From Amoebidium appalachense (taxonomy: Eukaryota > Protista > Ichthyosporea), in assembly GCA_963693365.1 (NCBI GenBank), contig CAVNZM010000002.1:13673615-13737614 (forward strand): DNA of 64,000 nt, in the 5' to 3' direction. Numbering within the stretch: position 1 is the first letter of the stretch; each line of letters opens with the position of its first letter. The notes under the pieces were generated by a model that was given only the letters and a program-made list of their open reading frames with translations, was not told the DNA's origin and did no database searches. Positions 14,416 through 26,622 of this stretch are shown here, one piece after another. Both the position numbers and the translations under genes were made by a program.

Positions 14416-15615
14416 CTACACCGCAACATTATTGAATTTCTCGTCCAAACCCCGCATTTTCAACTCAATTTCCACATACCGCCTCTCCAACTCAACACAT
14501 CTTGCCTTTGTCTTATAATACATTGTATCGGCGTGTCGAATCAATGAAACAACTTGGTTTATCACAGAGGGATCTTCCCCTTTCATCTCATAAACCAACC
14601 GAAGTGCGTCTCTTAGGCCTTGGTCAAACACTGGTGGTATGTCAACGATTTTCCTCCCTTTGGTGGGTTGAAAAGCGGCTGGGCGTAAGGGTAGATATGG
14701 AAATACCCATGTGCCCGTGCGTGGGCCTGGGTGTGTGCCTGCATGTGTTCCTGTCCCCATGGCCACACCTGCGCTTGCGCCTGTGCCTGTTGCTGTGTGG
14801 CTGTGTGTGTGCCTGTGTTTGTGCCCGTGCATGCCGATGTATGTGTCGATCTGTGCATGGGCGTGTCTGTGTGTGAATGCCTGGTTCTGAGTGTCACGTG
14901 TGTATGCGTGCCTGTACGTGTGTGTGTCTTGGAGTGAGGGAGCAAGAGGGGGGGAGGATGGGGGGGGGGGGGGGGGGGGGGGGGATGGGGAGAGAGAGAG
15001 AATATCAGTGACCTTAATTAATCTGTGTACAAGAGAAGGATTACGTTTTGGGTAATAGCATCGTTGTGAGGAAGTCGTTATGTTGTCTTTCTGTTGAACA
15101 AAACTTAAGTGTCTTTCTGCCGAATAAAACGGGCGTAGACATCTGGCCGTTTGTGTATGTGTGTGCCTCGTGTGTGCACGCACGAATATTTCAACTCAAA
15201 ACAGTCCTTGGAAGAAAACAGGATCCTTGACATGTGAAAACCGTAACGCAGATCTTTGTGCCCACTTTATCCCAGCAACACATCAAATTCGGTTTTTCTG
15301 ACCCCCCCCCCCCCCCCCCCCCGCCCCCTCCTCTCCCTCCGCCCCTCCTCCTTCTTTCCGCCCTTCCATATATATATATATATAAGAAGAACATGCAGAA
15401 TAATAAAGGGGGCCAATGCGCAGAAAATTAGACGAAAGCAATGAAGGTCACAAAAGTGAGAACCGTGAGTTATTATTATTATTATTATTATTATTTCATT
15501 TCATTTCATTATTTTTTTATTTTTTTTTTTTTTGGGGGGGAGGGGGGGGGGGGGGGAAGAGAGAGGGGGGGGGGGGGGAGGTCTCTCTTTTCGTCGCGCC
15601 CCGCAAAGAGGGGGG

Positions 15616-15647
<32 letters not shown>

Positions 15648-16770
15648 AGAGAGAGAGAGAGAAAGGGGGGGGTTGGGGGGGGGTTATGTGAGTGTGGGTT
15701 TTGTGTAGCAGAGCAAAGAAGACTAAACGACTTTTTTTCTTTTCCTTTTTTTCCCCGTGGGGAGCAGGAGGGGGTATGTGTGTGTGGGGGGGGGGGTTGG
15801 GAGAGGTAGGGGGGGGGGGGGGGTGGGTGGGTGGGGGGGGGGGGGGGGGGAGGCATGCCTGCTGGGTGAGGCAGCACACCACCATTTGACACTGTCCCGG
15901 TCTGACTGAGGGGCTGCCCTCTCCTCAACTCCTCTCCATAATCCTCGCGTATTGTGCGTGCCATCACCACAGCATCCTCTTCAGCCCGCCCTCGTCCTAT
16001 TTCATCTGCATAGTCCTCGTGTAGTGTGCGCGCCATCACCACAGAATCGTCTTCAGAACATTCACCACCAACCGCGCTCACTCCCTCCTCCCCTGGCTCG
16101 GGGGCACCGTTATCCTGTACAACATCCGCATAGCTGCTCAGCTTGTCTCGCGCATTGACATTACCACCAAAATGTTTAAGGGGTACCCCAACTTACTCTA
16201 CCGCAGCTGCCGGCAAGTTTGTATCGCTGTGTCTATATATTGCTATGTATTCATGTTGGCTAAGTCTTTTTGGAACGTCGGTGGCTTCCCCCGTTGAACA
16301 TTGCTGGATTTCTTGGGTAGCTATAGTTCCTACAACCCGTTTTCCCCCCTTGAGTTTGGTTTTCCGTTTTCTCTTTCCGTCATACTTTATAATTACCGGT
16401 TGGCTAGTTGTAACCCCTTGAATTCTAGGGGTTTCTCTTAGGTTTCTGCTTGAGTCATAAGGTCGACCAGGTTCCTCTCTAACAGAAACCACGCCGGCTT
16501 TCTTCAACTGAAAGCTGCACTACGCCGGTCACCACCAGCTTTTTTTTTCACAGACTGTTTCAGCCGTGCCTCACGTCTTTCTACCCAGTTTCTGTAAAAT
16601 TCTGCGTAATTTGGTGGTGGAGGTATCTGCATTTGTGGGATAGGCTTGAGCTCGGGCTTGACGTCATGTGCCGGGGGAATGGGGAGGATGCCCGCAGCCG
16701 CGTGTGCTGGTGGGGTCGGGAATTTTCCCGCAGCGGCAGGCATGCCAGACCCCACACGCCATTCAGCCAT
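14416..16770 (-). pseudogene. Copy A of a tandemly duplicated orphan gene, apparently disabled
   Basis: ATGGCTGAA start at 16770. Reads MAEW...IPPPPNY...GGDRRS, then a 1-nt frameshift near 16509 and an in-frame TAA at 16193-16195 where copy B has CAA (Gln). Continues through two 24-aa EDDSVVMARTLHEDY-type repeats to a donor-equivalent G|GCATGC at 15858. Last exon ends ...PPVFDQGLRDALRLVYEMKG...LDEKFNNVAV TAG (14416). Colinear with copy B at about 3.06 kb spacing. Confidence 0.65.
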
Positions 16771-17327
16771 TCCTAGGTGAAAGAGAGAAACACCCCGAGA
16801 TACCACACAAGGAGAGACCCCTACTCCTAAAACAACGCCTGGGAGGCTTGCTCCTGGGCCAAGCTTGTGAATGAAAACAGGGCCACGGCCATCTAGAGTC
16901 TCTAGATGGCCGTGAACAGGGCCCACAGGCCCAGGACCAGAGCAACAGTTCCATCGCATTCTAGATCTGATTGGCTGAGATAGTACCAATAAAGTTAGGC
17001 CACGAATTGTGGTTTGTTAAAATCGCACGAGCTTACGTAAGAGTGAGCCGCAATATGCCCCCCCCCCCCCCCCCCCTCCCCCCCCCCTTCCCCTCCCCAA
17101 ACACATGCCGTGCAGGCGAACCAGCTCACACACCTTAACACACACACGCAAACACGTGACGGATGCACACAGACAAACACACACAGCGTGTCACACACAC
17201 ACACCACACACACATACACCAAAAAATAAAGGAAAGAACTAAAGGAGGAATAGAAGGAAAACAAGAACTTACAAGCACGATCAACATTACAATCACGCAT
17301 GACCCATAAAACATACGTACACCAAAA

Positions 17328-17364
<37 letters not shown>

Positions 17365-17379
17365 TTCCCACCCCAACCA

Positions 17380-17417
<38 letters not shown>

Positions 17418-17487
17418 AGGATCAACTTGCTCCCTGCAGTTGCACCTATCTACTCCACAGCTTTATTTCCCCAGCTTTATTTCTCGT

Positions 17488-18446
17488 CTAGATTCCGCAA
17501 CTCAAATCAAGCCCCACATACCAGCTCTCCATCTCAACACATTTCGCCTTTGTCTTTGAAAGCACTGCATCTGCGTGAATAATCAGTGAAACGACTTGAT
17601 TGACCACGGACATATTTCCCCCTTTCATCTCGTAAACCAACTGAATAGCGTCTCTCAGGCCCTGGTCAAACACTGGTGGTACGTCAACTAGCGCTCTCCG
17701 GTTGTTGGGTTCAGCAGCCACCGGGCAGGGTGCTGGATGTGTAAAAGCCCATGCGCCTATGCCTGTGCCTGTGCCTGTGTGTGTTCCCGTGCCTGTGCCT
17801 GTGTACGTGTTTACGTGTCCGTGCATGCCATTGGGTGTGTGGATCTGCTTGTGTGTGCGAGTGTCTGTATGTAAATGCATGGGTCTCGGCGCGACGTGTG
17901 CATGCAGGTCTGCAAGTCTGTTTTGGATGGGAAGGAGGGGGGAAGGGGGGGGGGGGGGGGGGGGGGGGGGAGAGAGGGGAAGGGGGGAGGGGAACATGGG
18001 AAGAGGGTGTTAGGTTATGCTGCACAGTGCACGGGGTACAGAGAAGAACACCCAAGGGAATAGAGAGAGGGAAGGTGAAGGTGGGGTGAGGGGGGAAGGG
18101 GGGGGGGGGGGGGAGAGAGGGGGGGGGGGGCATGTCTGCTTACTGTGTCTGTGTACGAGAATAATGGCCTTTTTATATGAGAGCATCATCTTCGTCCGTG
18201 TGAGTGAGCGAATCTGTTGTGTTCTTTTTCCAAAGATGCTTGTCTTTGTAGACAACTCGCTGTGTTGTGCGTGTGAGCGCGCACATTTTCCAACCTAAAA
18301 TGGCCTTTTTAAAACTGGGGATGGGACCGCGGATCATTTTAAATTGGGGGACGCAGATCTTTGGGCCACACTTTCCCCAGGGACTTCATCAGACCCGGCT
18401 TTTCCAACCCCTTCGATCCTCCCCCTTCCCCCCCCCCCCCCCCCCC

Positions 18447-18516
<70 letters not shown>

Positions 18517-19834
18517 TAATTAAGGGAGTAAATGAATTAATAAATAAAAATGAAAAACAGTGGGGGGGAGCAGGTGGGTGGAGTGGGGCGGGAGGGGGCG
18601 GGGACCCTGTTTTTTTGTTTAAAAATAAGTCCGATTCTGCAAACTGTATATATTGTACATGCACACAGGAATGCCAGGGCAATAACCAACACAAGAACGC
18701 CTAACCCCGAAAAGACCCGTGAATGCGGGGAAAGTGAAAGAGGAAGACGGGGTTCAAACGATGAGTGCGGGATGGCCTATTTTTGGGTGTGTCTGTGAGC
18801 GGTGTGGTGGTGGTGGTTGGGGAGGGAAGAGGGGGTGCATGCATGGGGGAAGATGTAGGTGGATGGGTGGGTGGGGGGGGGGGGGGGGGGGGGGGGCAGG
18901 GAGGTATGCTTGTGCATCAGGGGAAAGGGGGTGGGGAGGGGGGGGGGAGGGATACCTGTTGAGTGGGATATCACACCACCATTTTTCACTGTCCCGGTCT
19001 GATTGGGGGGCTGCCTTATCCTGAACTCCTCCCCATAATCCTCACGTAGTGAGCGTGCCATCACCACAGAATCCTCTTCAGCCCGCCCTCTCCCCAGCTT
19101 CTCTCCATAGTCCTCGGGTAATGTGCGTGCCATCACCACAGCATCGTCTTCAAGACTCTCCCCTCTACCTGTGCCAACGCCCTTCCCTGGCGAGGGGTTA
19201 CCACTATCCTTCACATATTTGTAGCCGATTATTTTTTCTCGCACGATGCCATCACAACCAAGATGCATATTCGGTATTCCATCTTGTTCTATAACAGCTG
19301 TCGGCAAGTTGAAAACCCACGTGTAAACAGTGGTATACAGTCTTGATGGCTACGTGTTATCGGTACGTATACACCGGGGGCATTCCCTGTTATGAATTGT
19401 TGGGCTTTCGTAATGATCAAAGTTGGTATCATAATTCTTCCATCAGGCAGGATATATCCCTCCATTTTCGTATAACCATGCTTTGCTGATTGGTTCACAT
19501 CCTGAATTTTCGGTATCTCGGTTGTTTGGAAACCCGAGTTTTGTGGCGGTTTCAGTGTTGGGGGAACCACGTCGACCCGGTTCAGTTTGAAGCGCTTACT
19601 ACGCCGGTCCCCACCCCAACTATGCAGCATGAGAGGGATTTTTCATTAACGCCTTTGGTTCTTCTGCTCGCATTTCTGCCAAATCTTGTTTCCCTTCTTT
19701 GTATGTTGGTGGTGGTGGTATTATTGATGGTGGGGGGCTCGAAGACCTGTACTAACATTAGGTGCTGGGAGGATGGGGGCCTTGCGGGCAATGGCAGCAG
19801 CACCCCTCCCAAACTCCGTTTTGTTTTCAGCCAT
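17488..19834 (-). pseudogene. Copy B of the tandemly duplicated orphan gene, apparently disabled
   Basis: ATGGCTGAA start at 19834. Homologous blocks IPPPPTY, GGDRRSKRFKL, NLPTAVIEQ, two EDDAVVMARTLPEDY repeats and PPVFDQGLRDAIQLVYEMKG lie in different frames, with shifts near 19735, 19630, 19310 and 17500. GT donor at 18955 and a phase-compatible acceptor near 17910. Confidence 0.65.
18449..18514. repeat. (AT)33 microsatellite
   Basis: Perfect AT dinucleotide run directly after a poly-C tract; rare repeat class in this window. Confidence 0.95.
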
Positions 19835-20290
19835 TCTTAAGTAACTACGAAGAAAATGAACCAATTCTCATGAGTAATATTTGTTCAGACAAGTACTACT
19901 TGATTATTGGAAATACATTATTCATGATACATGCAAACTAGACAACTTCAGAAGCCTTGGCCATGGACTGACTTTTGGTTGCCAAAAACTGAAACTTCCT
20001 TTCGAGCTAACTGTGACTGGTATGCAAGCCTCGAGAGTCCAGAGTCAAACTCGATGCCTCTCTTTTGATTAGGGGTAAGCGTATCACTGGATAGTTTTAA
20101 TTGATACTATTGGTTGATACTGCATCACCTTACGTAACAGTGAGCCACAGAGCCACAAGCAAAAGCTGTGTGTGTGTTCCTTTTCGTTTTCTGTTCAGAA
20201 GGCTGTGCGACATGATGTGGAAACGTAGTCGTAAATGGCTTTAAATCTACGACAGTAGAACACGTATAGTGCACTATACAACCACCGAAA

Positions 20291-22728
20291 ATGGGTAAAG
20301 AATCGAAAGAGTCGAAGAAGAAGTCCAAACGCAAGAAAAAGCACAGCAAGAAACACAAACACAAGGAGAAAAAGCACAAGCACTCAAAGAAGAGAAAGCA
20401 CGACGACACTTCTAGCTCAGAGTCAGACTCCGAATATAGCTCCACTGACAGTGCTTCTGAATCTTCAAGATCTCGTGACAGGTATTTAAGACGGAAAGAG
20501 TACATAAACATCATTTATCCGACAGTGTTCAGATAAGATCTGCCTTAGGAAGCTTGGGGGTAAAGGACTGTAATTGGGGGTTGGACGTGATGGGAATGAT
20601 CGAGTGTACACTTGCAACCACACGCATTTGGGCTGTTCCTGCATATTTTTTCCGTTTTGCCCAATTGTAGGTAGTTCTCCACTCATAGGAATCATCTTGT
20701 GAATGGGTGCGAGCATGGGTGTGGTAATAGCTGTGGCTGTGGGTGGTGTGAGTCAGTGGATTGTTGGAAGAAAGGAGGTGGGTGTTGTGTGTGTTATGTA
20801 GAAGGGCATACTATCTCACACAGCGTGGGAGCGTGTGTGTAGGTTGATGTTACTGTGCAGGTCTAGGTGGGTGGTTTTGTGTGTTATGTATGGATGGACC
20901 TGAGTGTGTGTGTGTGTACTTGTGCACGCACATTAGCACTCCCGAATTTATTAGCTTTCCATCGTTGGTGACCGTGTGTGCACCCGGATGTGTGTGTGTG
21001 TGCGGGGGCAAGTGTGTGTGTTTGTGGACGTGTGTTTACGTGTGCATGTGTGCATGTTTGTGTGGACAGTTGTGTGCTTGTATGCAGATGACTAAGAGGG
21101 CGTCCGTGCCTGTGTTTTTGTCCATCAGATGTACACACACCATCTGTTATGACCCTATGCACGCATCTGGACCGGCTTGCCGTTCTCTATTTATCTTTTT
21201 TGTGTTTTTTTTTTTTTTTTTTTTGGGTGGGGGGGGGGGGGAGAGGGGGAGGGGGGGGGGGGAGGGGGAGGGGGGGGGGGGGGAGGGGAGGGGGCAAAGA
21301 CCAAGCAAAGAATATAGACCTGGAAAGATAAAAAAAAACGAGTGTAGGGCAAGCGAGTGGAACAGAGGGCGGGGGAGAGAGAGAGAGAGTGGGTAGGTGT
21401 ATTGTTGTAGAGTTGAGGACCGGATAGCTGGGAAGTGGAATGATGAGGTCGGAAGTATGATGATAAAGCAGCAGGCATGCCAAGGCCTTCTCCCCCCCCC
21501 TCCCCCCCTCCCCCCCCCCCTCCGCCCTGTATGTTTGTATTTGGGTTCTGTTTTGTTGTTTTTTTGGTTTCCCAAAATATTTGCAAGTCTTGTTTATGGC
21601 AACTTTTGCATGTGTTTAGATTCGTGGCTCCCAATATTTGCTCGTCCTTTTTTCATCCTGGTTACCCTGCTCCACTCAAGTACATGTATGGGAGGGCACA
21701 CACTTTAAGTCCCTCTGCATGGACCCCCGCCCCCCCTCCAAGCCAAAGAATTTACTGTTATTAATTGATAATATGGTGACATGACACGATGTGAGACAGT
21801 GAGTGTTGTTACCACGTAAGAATCCCTTAAAACAGTTACTTTCTCAAAAACTCACCTACTATTTATCAAAACCCATGACGACAGGTCGTCCAAGAAGAGG
21901 AAGGTGGAGAAAGAAGACACGGCAAAAAGGAGGAAAAGCGACACAGTTGAAAAGTTTGGACAGACGGCCCAGGATGGTATGTCAGGTGAAAGTGCGGGAA
22001 GAATTTCTTTTTTTTGGGCAGCGGGACGAGGGGGAGAAGGGGGGGGCGGGCGGGCGGGGGGAGGGGGGGGAGGGGGGGGGAGGGGGGGGGGGGGTTGAGG
22101 AAAGGAAGTATGAGGGAGGGAGGGATAGGGGGGATGGGAGTTGAGAGGTGAGGTGGCGGTAGTGTGTGGGCTGATGAAGGGGGGACTGCCGGGGAGGGGG
22201 GGGGGAAGGGGGAGGGGAGGGCGGCTCTGTGTGGGTGCGCTACTTGTGTGTGCACGTGGACGTGTGTGTGTGTGTAATACACACTGGGGTGCTTCTGCAG
22301 AAGCTGTCATGCTCAACGGTTCTGTCTTTCTGCTTGGCAGTTCTTGGTGTGGATAGTCATGGAAGCGTGTATGTGCATAACTACAGGGGTTTTTTCCCAA
22401 ATGACTATAAACAGTTGCTTGTTTCGATTTGCCCAACGAAAGCCTATGTCGGTAACGTGAACGGGAATGTGCATGCTGATACAGCTGCTGTACGTGTGTG
22501 TTGTAGGTGTGCCCTTTCAGAAACGCGCGGTCTGTTTAGCACTCACACCTCTAATGAATGTACAGGTATTTACCCATCATCTTGCTGTGTAACCTCGTCC
22601 CCCCCCCCCCTCCCTCCCTTCAAGCCTTCTCTCTCTCTCTCTCTCCTCTCTCTGTCCCTCCCCCCTCCCTCCTTCCCTCCCTCCCTCCCTCCCTCCCTCC
22701 CTCCCTCCCTCCCTCCCTCCCTCCCTCC

Positions 22729-22804
<76 letters not shown>

Positions 22805-23056
22805 CATCCCCCCCCCTTACAAAAAATCTCCATCCCCCCCCCCTTACAAAAATAAATAATTAAAAATAAAATATAAAATATAAAAGAAAGAAAAAGAATA
22901 ACTATAAAAAAAGAAAAGAAAAGAAGGAGGAGGAGGAGAAGAAGAAGAGGTTGAAGAATAAGAAGTAGATGAAAGATGAAGAGCACTCACACTGGACGCA
23001 CACACACGTACACACACACACACACACACGCACACAAACACAATCAGATACTGCAA

Positions 23057-23129
<73 letters not shown>

Positions 23130-23342
23130 GCACGCACGCACACGGACACACACACAACACACATTCATGCACTTTCACATACACCCACAGAGTCACTTGT
23201 GAAACTTGCTGCTCTGTTGAAGAAACAAGAAGAGGAGGAAAAGGCAGCCAAGAGGAAAAGAATGGCACCGATGTCCTTTAACGATTACCAGCAAAAGGAG
23301 AGTGAGCTGAGGAGGGTTTTTGATGAGGATACCGGCAGATGG

Positions 23343-23424
<82 letters not shown>

Positions 23425-23664
23425 TTGCAGTGTCTGATTGTGTGTGTGTGTGTGTGTTTGTGTGTGCTTCTGTGGATGGGTGAGTGGGTGGGGCGGGGAG
23501 GGGGGGGGGGGGGGGGGGCTTTTATAATATCAACAGCACATTTTTGTTTAACCATTGTTCCGCCTCAGGCTGGTCCGTGGGAGTGGTGAGATAGTGGAGG
23601 AGATAGTCAGCAAGGAGCAGCAGAAGAAAATCAACAAAATGGCTACCTTTGGTATGATCCTCCC

Positions 23665-23697
<33 letters not shown>

Positions 23698-23812
23698 CCT
23701 CCCCATCATCGCATACCCCCCCTGCTTCCCCCCCCCCTCCCCCCCCCAAAACTAAGCAAAGAATATAGACCTGGAAAGATCAGAAAAAATGAGTGTAGGG
23801 CAAGCGAGTGGA

Positions 23813-23868
<56 letters not shown>

Positions 23869-23934
23869 CGGGATCGAGGGAGAGAGGGGGGGGGGGGGGG
23901 GGGGAGAGGGAGGGGGGAAGGGGGTGTCGCTCTT

Positions 23935-23972
<38 letters not shown>

Positions 23973-24592
23973 CCCCTCCCCCTCCCTCTCCCCTCCACTC
24001 CCCCCCCCCTTCCCCTCCCCCCCCAAACACACACACACACACACTCTCTCTCTCTCTCACTCACTCCTCCCCCCCCCCCCCCCCCCCCCCTCTCCCCCTC
24101 CTCCTCCTGGCGCACCTCCCCCTTAGCTGAATCTCTCTCCGAGTATGTAAGCCAAAGCCATCGTGTGTGCATGCTACCACACGCGGCAAACAGACGTGTG
24201 GTCAATGCACACACTCACGTGCACCAAACACATACGGTGTCGGAGCAGCACCCCCTGGACGCTCACACACGCCCATGCACACATTGCACAATAGCTCGAA
24301 ATGTGCAAAGTCATCATTCCTTGCAAATATTCAACACATTTTTCCTTTCTTGGTGGCTGCGTGCGTGTGTGCGTGCGTGCTGTGTGCGTGCGTGCTGTGT
24401 GCGTGCGTGCGTGCGTGCTTGCGTGCGTGCGTGGGAGTGTGTTGTCTCAGAATATCGTGAATGGTCTATTGCCTCGTGCTTTTTAGCACCCCCTAATATT
24501 ATTATCTAATGCTCGTTACGTCTTTTCAACTCACAGGAGACGGATACGCCTACCAGAAGGCAATGGGGCTCGATCCAACATACAACCTATGA
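20291..24592 (+). CDS. ARL6IP4: ARL6IP4 / SR-25 family nuclear protein (191 aa)
   Basis: Five GT-AG exons: 20291-20481, 21885-21976, 23191-23344, 23569-23651, 24537-24592 (576 nt, TGA). Lys/His-rich then Ser-rich N-terminus. C-terminus MAPMSFNDYQQKESELRRVFDEDTGRWRLVRGSGEIVEEIVSKEQQKKINKMATFGDGYAYQ matches the SR-25 signature (PM...RRV.D..TGR.RL..G.GE..EEIV...INK.AT.GD). Confidence 0.88.
21303..21364 (+). repeat. About 62-bp dispersed repeat, copy 1 (ARL6IP4 intron 1)
   Basis: aagcaaagaatatagacctggaaagat-(A-rich)-gagtgtagggcaagcgagtggaaca, near-identical to 23754-23815. Confidence 0.9.
23754..23815 (+). repeat. About 62-bp dispersed repeat, copy 2 (ARL6IP4 intron 4)
   Basis: Near-identical to 21303-21364 and in the same orientation. 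Confidence 0.9.
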
Positions 24593-25896
24593 TGTGTTGC
24601 CTGTCTGCCTGCACATGTCCGCAAGTAACATGTCACAGTGGCATATTGATTTGGATGTCCAAATGGAGCTGGTTTATGCAAACGCGCACCCAGTTTTATG
24701 ACCACCAGTATCACAATTGATCCATCATGTAAATAAGACAACTACATATGTATATAGGTATCTTTCCGCTATGTCTGGGATATCGATCTGGGCAAAGTCT
24801 GTAGTAGATTTGGCACACAAAAGAAATTTACGTCAAAACGCGTACCTGGACGAAGGCGGTACAGTCGTAATTAACAAGAAGGAAAAGTTTTCAGGCCTCG
24901 GTGCTTGTCAACTCCCTCCCTAATATAGCTAGGCCTCTATGTACCACTCATTCATACATGTCGTGTGATGTGAGAAATAATTTCAGTCAAATAATGAGTA
25001 AAATTGGATTTTGATCGTTGGGTCGTTTACAATCAAACCTATGTGTCACGCTTGCATGTACATGTTGGGGGGGGGGGGGGGGGGGGAGGGAGGGGGGGGG
25101 GGGGGGGGGATCCCCGGAGGGGAAGTGGGGGGACAAGGGGGGGGGGGGGGGGGGGGCGAAGGAGACGGCACCCAATATATAAAGGATGTCGGCAACTTTG
25201 TATTCCGTGCTGCAGTGACTCAGTTTTCTGCCGGCATATGCATACGATCATGATGCAAGGTGCATTGTTGATTGTGCACTGGTGAACGATGATGCGCATG
25301 AGCAGGAAATGTGGTGGCCGGTTTTCCGATCTGCTGATCTATTTTCGTTGATAAGGCTTTTGATTGGCAAATAGAAATTGCCCGCCAAACGCGATGAATG
25401 GTTACGAGTCATGCAATGGGCATCCCCTCAAACTTCAAAGAGCGGGGTGGCAAGCGGAATTTGTGAGCCCCGACTTAAAACGTCAGTCACTTTTAAGATC
25501 ATAGCACTTATCATAAAAATCTTATATTTGCCTTATAGATATTTAAACTCTTATAAATAATAATATAATGTTATGTGCTGAGAAATACATGTGTTTTATG
25601 TATACGATAGTGTGCAGCTTCACCATGATACGTGAAACCAAGTAACTTTTGTTGTCCTGAATATTGGGTATACGGGTTGCTTCCCATTGGCACTGGGGAA
25701 CACATGATGACTTTTTTTTGGGCACGTGAAGAGTGACGTCTGTGACGAGTCACTGACGACAACACGACTTGTCCGAAGTACATACACTATACAGAAAGTT
25801 CTTGAAATTTGGAGACAGTTTTTTTTTTTTAATATTATCTTATATTCTGCTCGCTTTCCTTTTTACTCTGCTTATAATGTACCAAAGAAAGCTGGA

Positions 25897-26029
25897 GTGT
25901 CATCAATGACGGCGGCGGGCCGCGGGCGTGTCATCAATGACGGCGGCGGGCCGGCCGCGGGCCGCGGCAAATCTTTCGAATCTACTAACCATTTATGGAA
26001 ACTGCATAATTTGTCGGCTTATATATAAG
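25897..26029 (+). promoter_or_regulatory. Putative GPx promoter: two direct repeats with a palindromic GTCAT-CA-ATGAC core, plus a TATA-like box
   Basis: gtgtcatcaatgacggcggcgggccg at 25897-25922 and 25928-25953 (31-bp period). tatatataag at 26020-26029, about 110 nt upstream of the ATG at 26137. Function is inferred from position. Confidence 0.5.
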
Positions 26030-26136
26030 GCCTTCGTTTTTGTTTTTCTTCATCATTCTCACTTTGCCTGTTTCTAAACTTTGTTTACCTGGCTACGAAA
26101 CGTTTCTTTTCTGTATCTTCTCTTGAATTTGTAAAC

Positions 26137-26622
26137 ATGGCTTCCAAATTTTACACTTTCACAGCCAAGAATGCGGCCGGTCAACTAGTCAACATGTCCG
26201 ACTTCAAGGGCAAAGTTGTCGTTATCGTGAACGTAGCATCCAAGTGCGGTTTCACCCCCCAATACAAGGGCCTTGAAGCCCTTTACCAGCAGTTCAAGGA
26301 TCAAGGGCTTGTCATGCTCGGCTTCCCTTGCAACCAATTTGGCGGCCAGGAGCCTGGAACGGAAGAGGAGATCGTGCAGTTCTGCTCACGCACCTACCAA
26401 GTTACGTTTCCCATCATGGCCAAGGTGGAGGTCAATGGTGACAACGAGGACGCCCTTTGGGCGTGGATGAAGGCAGAGCAGACGTTCCTTGGGCTTAAGC
26501 GGGTTAAGTGGAACTTTGAGAAGTTTGTTATGGACAAGAACGGCAACTGTGTGGCCCGCTATGCATCCACTACCTCACCGGAGTCCATGGCTGCTGAGAT
26601 CAAGAAACTGCTGGCTGCTTAA
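26137..26622 (+). CDS. GPX: Cys-type (non-selenium) glutathione peroxidase family protein, probably thioredoxin-dependent (161 aa, intronless)
   Basis: All three GPx signatures are present: NVASKCGFT (catalytic Cys encoded by TGC, not TGA), LGFPCNQFGGQEPG and KWNFEKF. A Cys in QFCSRTY sits at the resolving-Cys position of two-Cys thioredoxin-dependent GPxs. Confidence 0.96.
   Translation: MASKFYTFTAKNAAGQLVNMSDFKGKVVVIVNVASKCGFTPQYKGLEALYQQFKDQGLVMLGFPCNQFGGQEPGTEEEIVQFCSRTYQVTFPIMAKVEVNGDNEDALWAWMKAEQTFLGLKRVKWNFEKFVMDKNGNCVARYASTTSPESMAAEIKKLLAA

Noticed and set aside
16193-16195. In-frame TAA aligned with Gln (CAA) in the paralogue, suggesting TAA-to-Gln reassignment
   Set aside because: TAA is the normal terminator of gene 1, GPx and STK32, and no in-frame TAA or TAG occurs in the intact CDSs. 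A C-to-T nonsense change is the simpler explanation.
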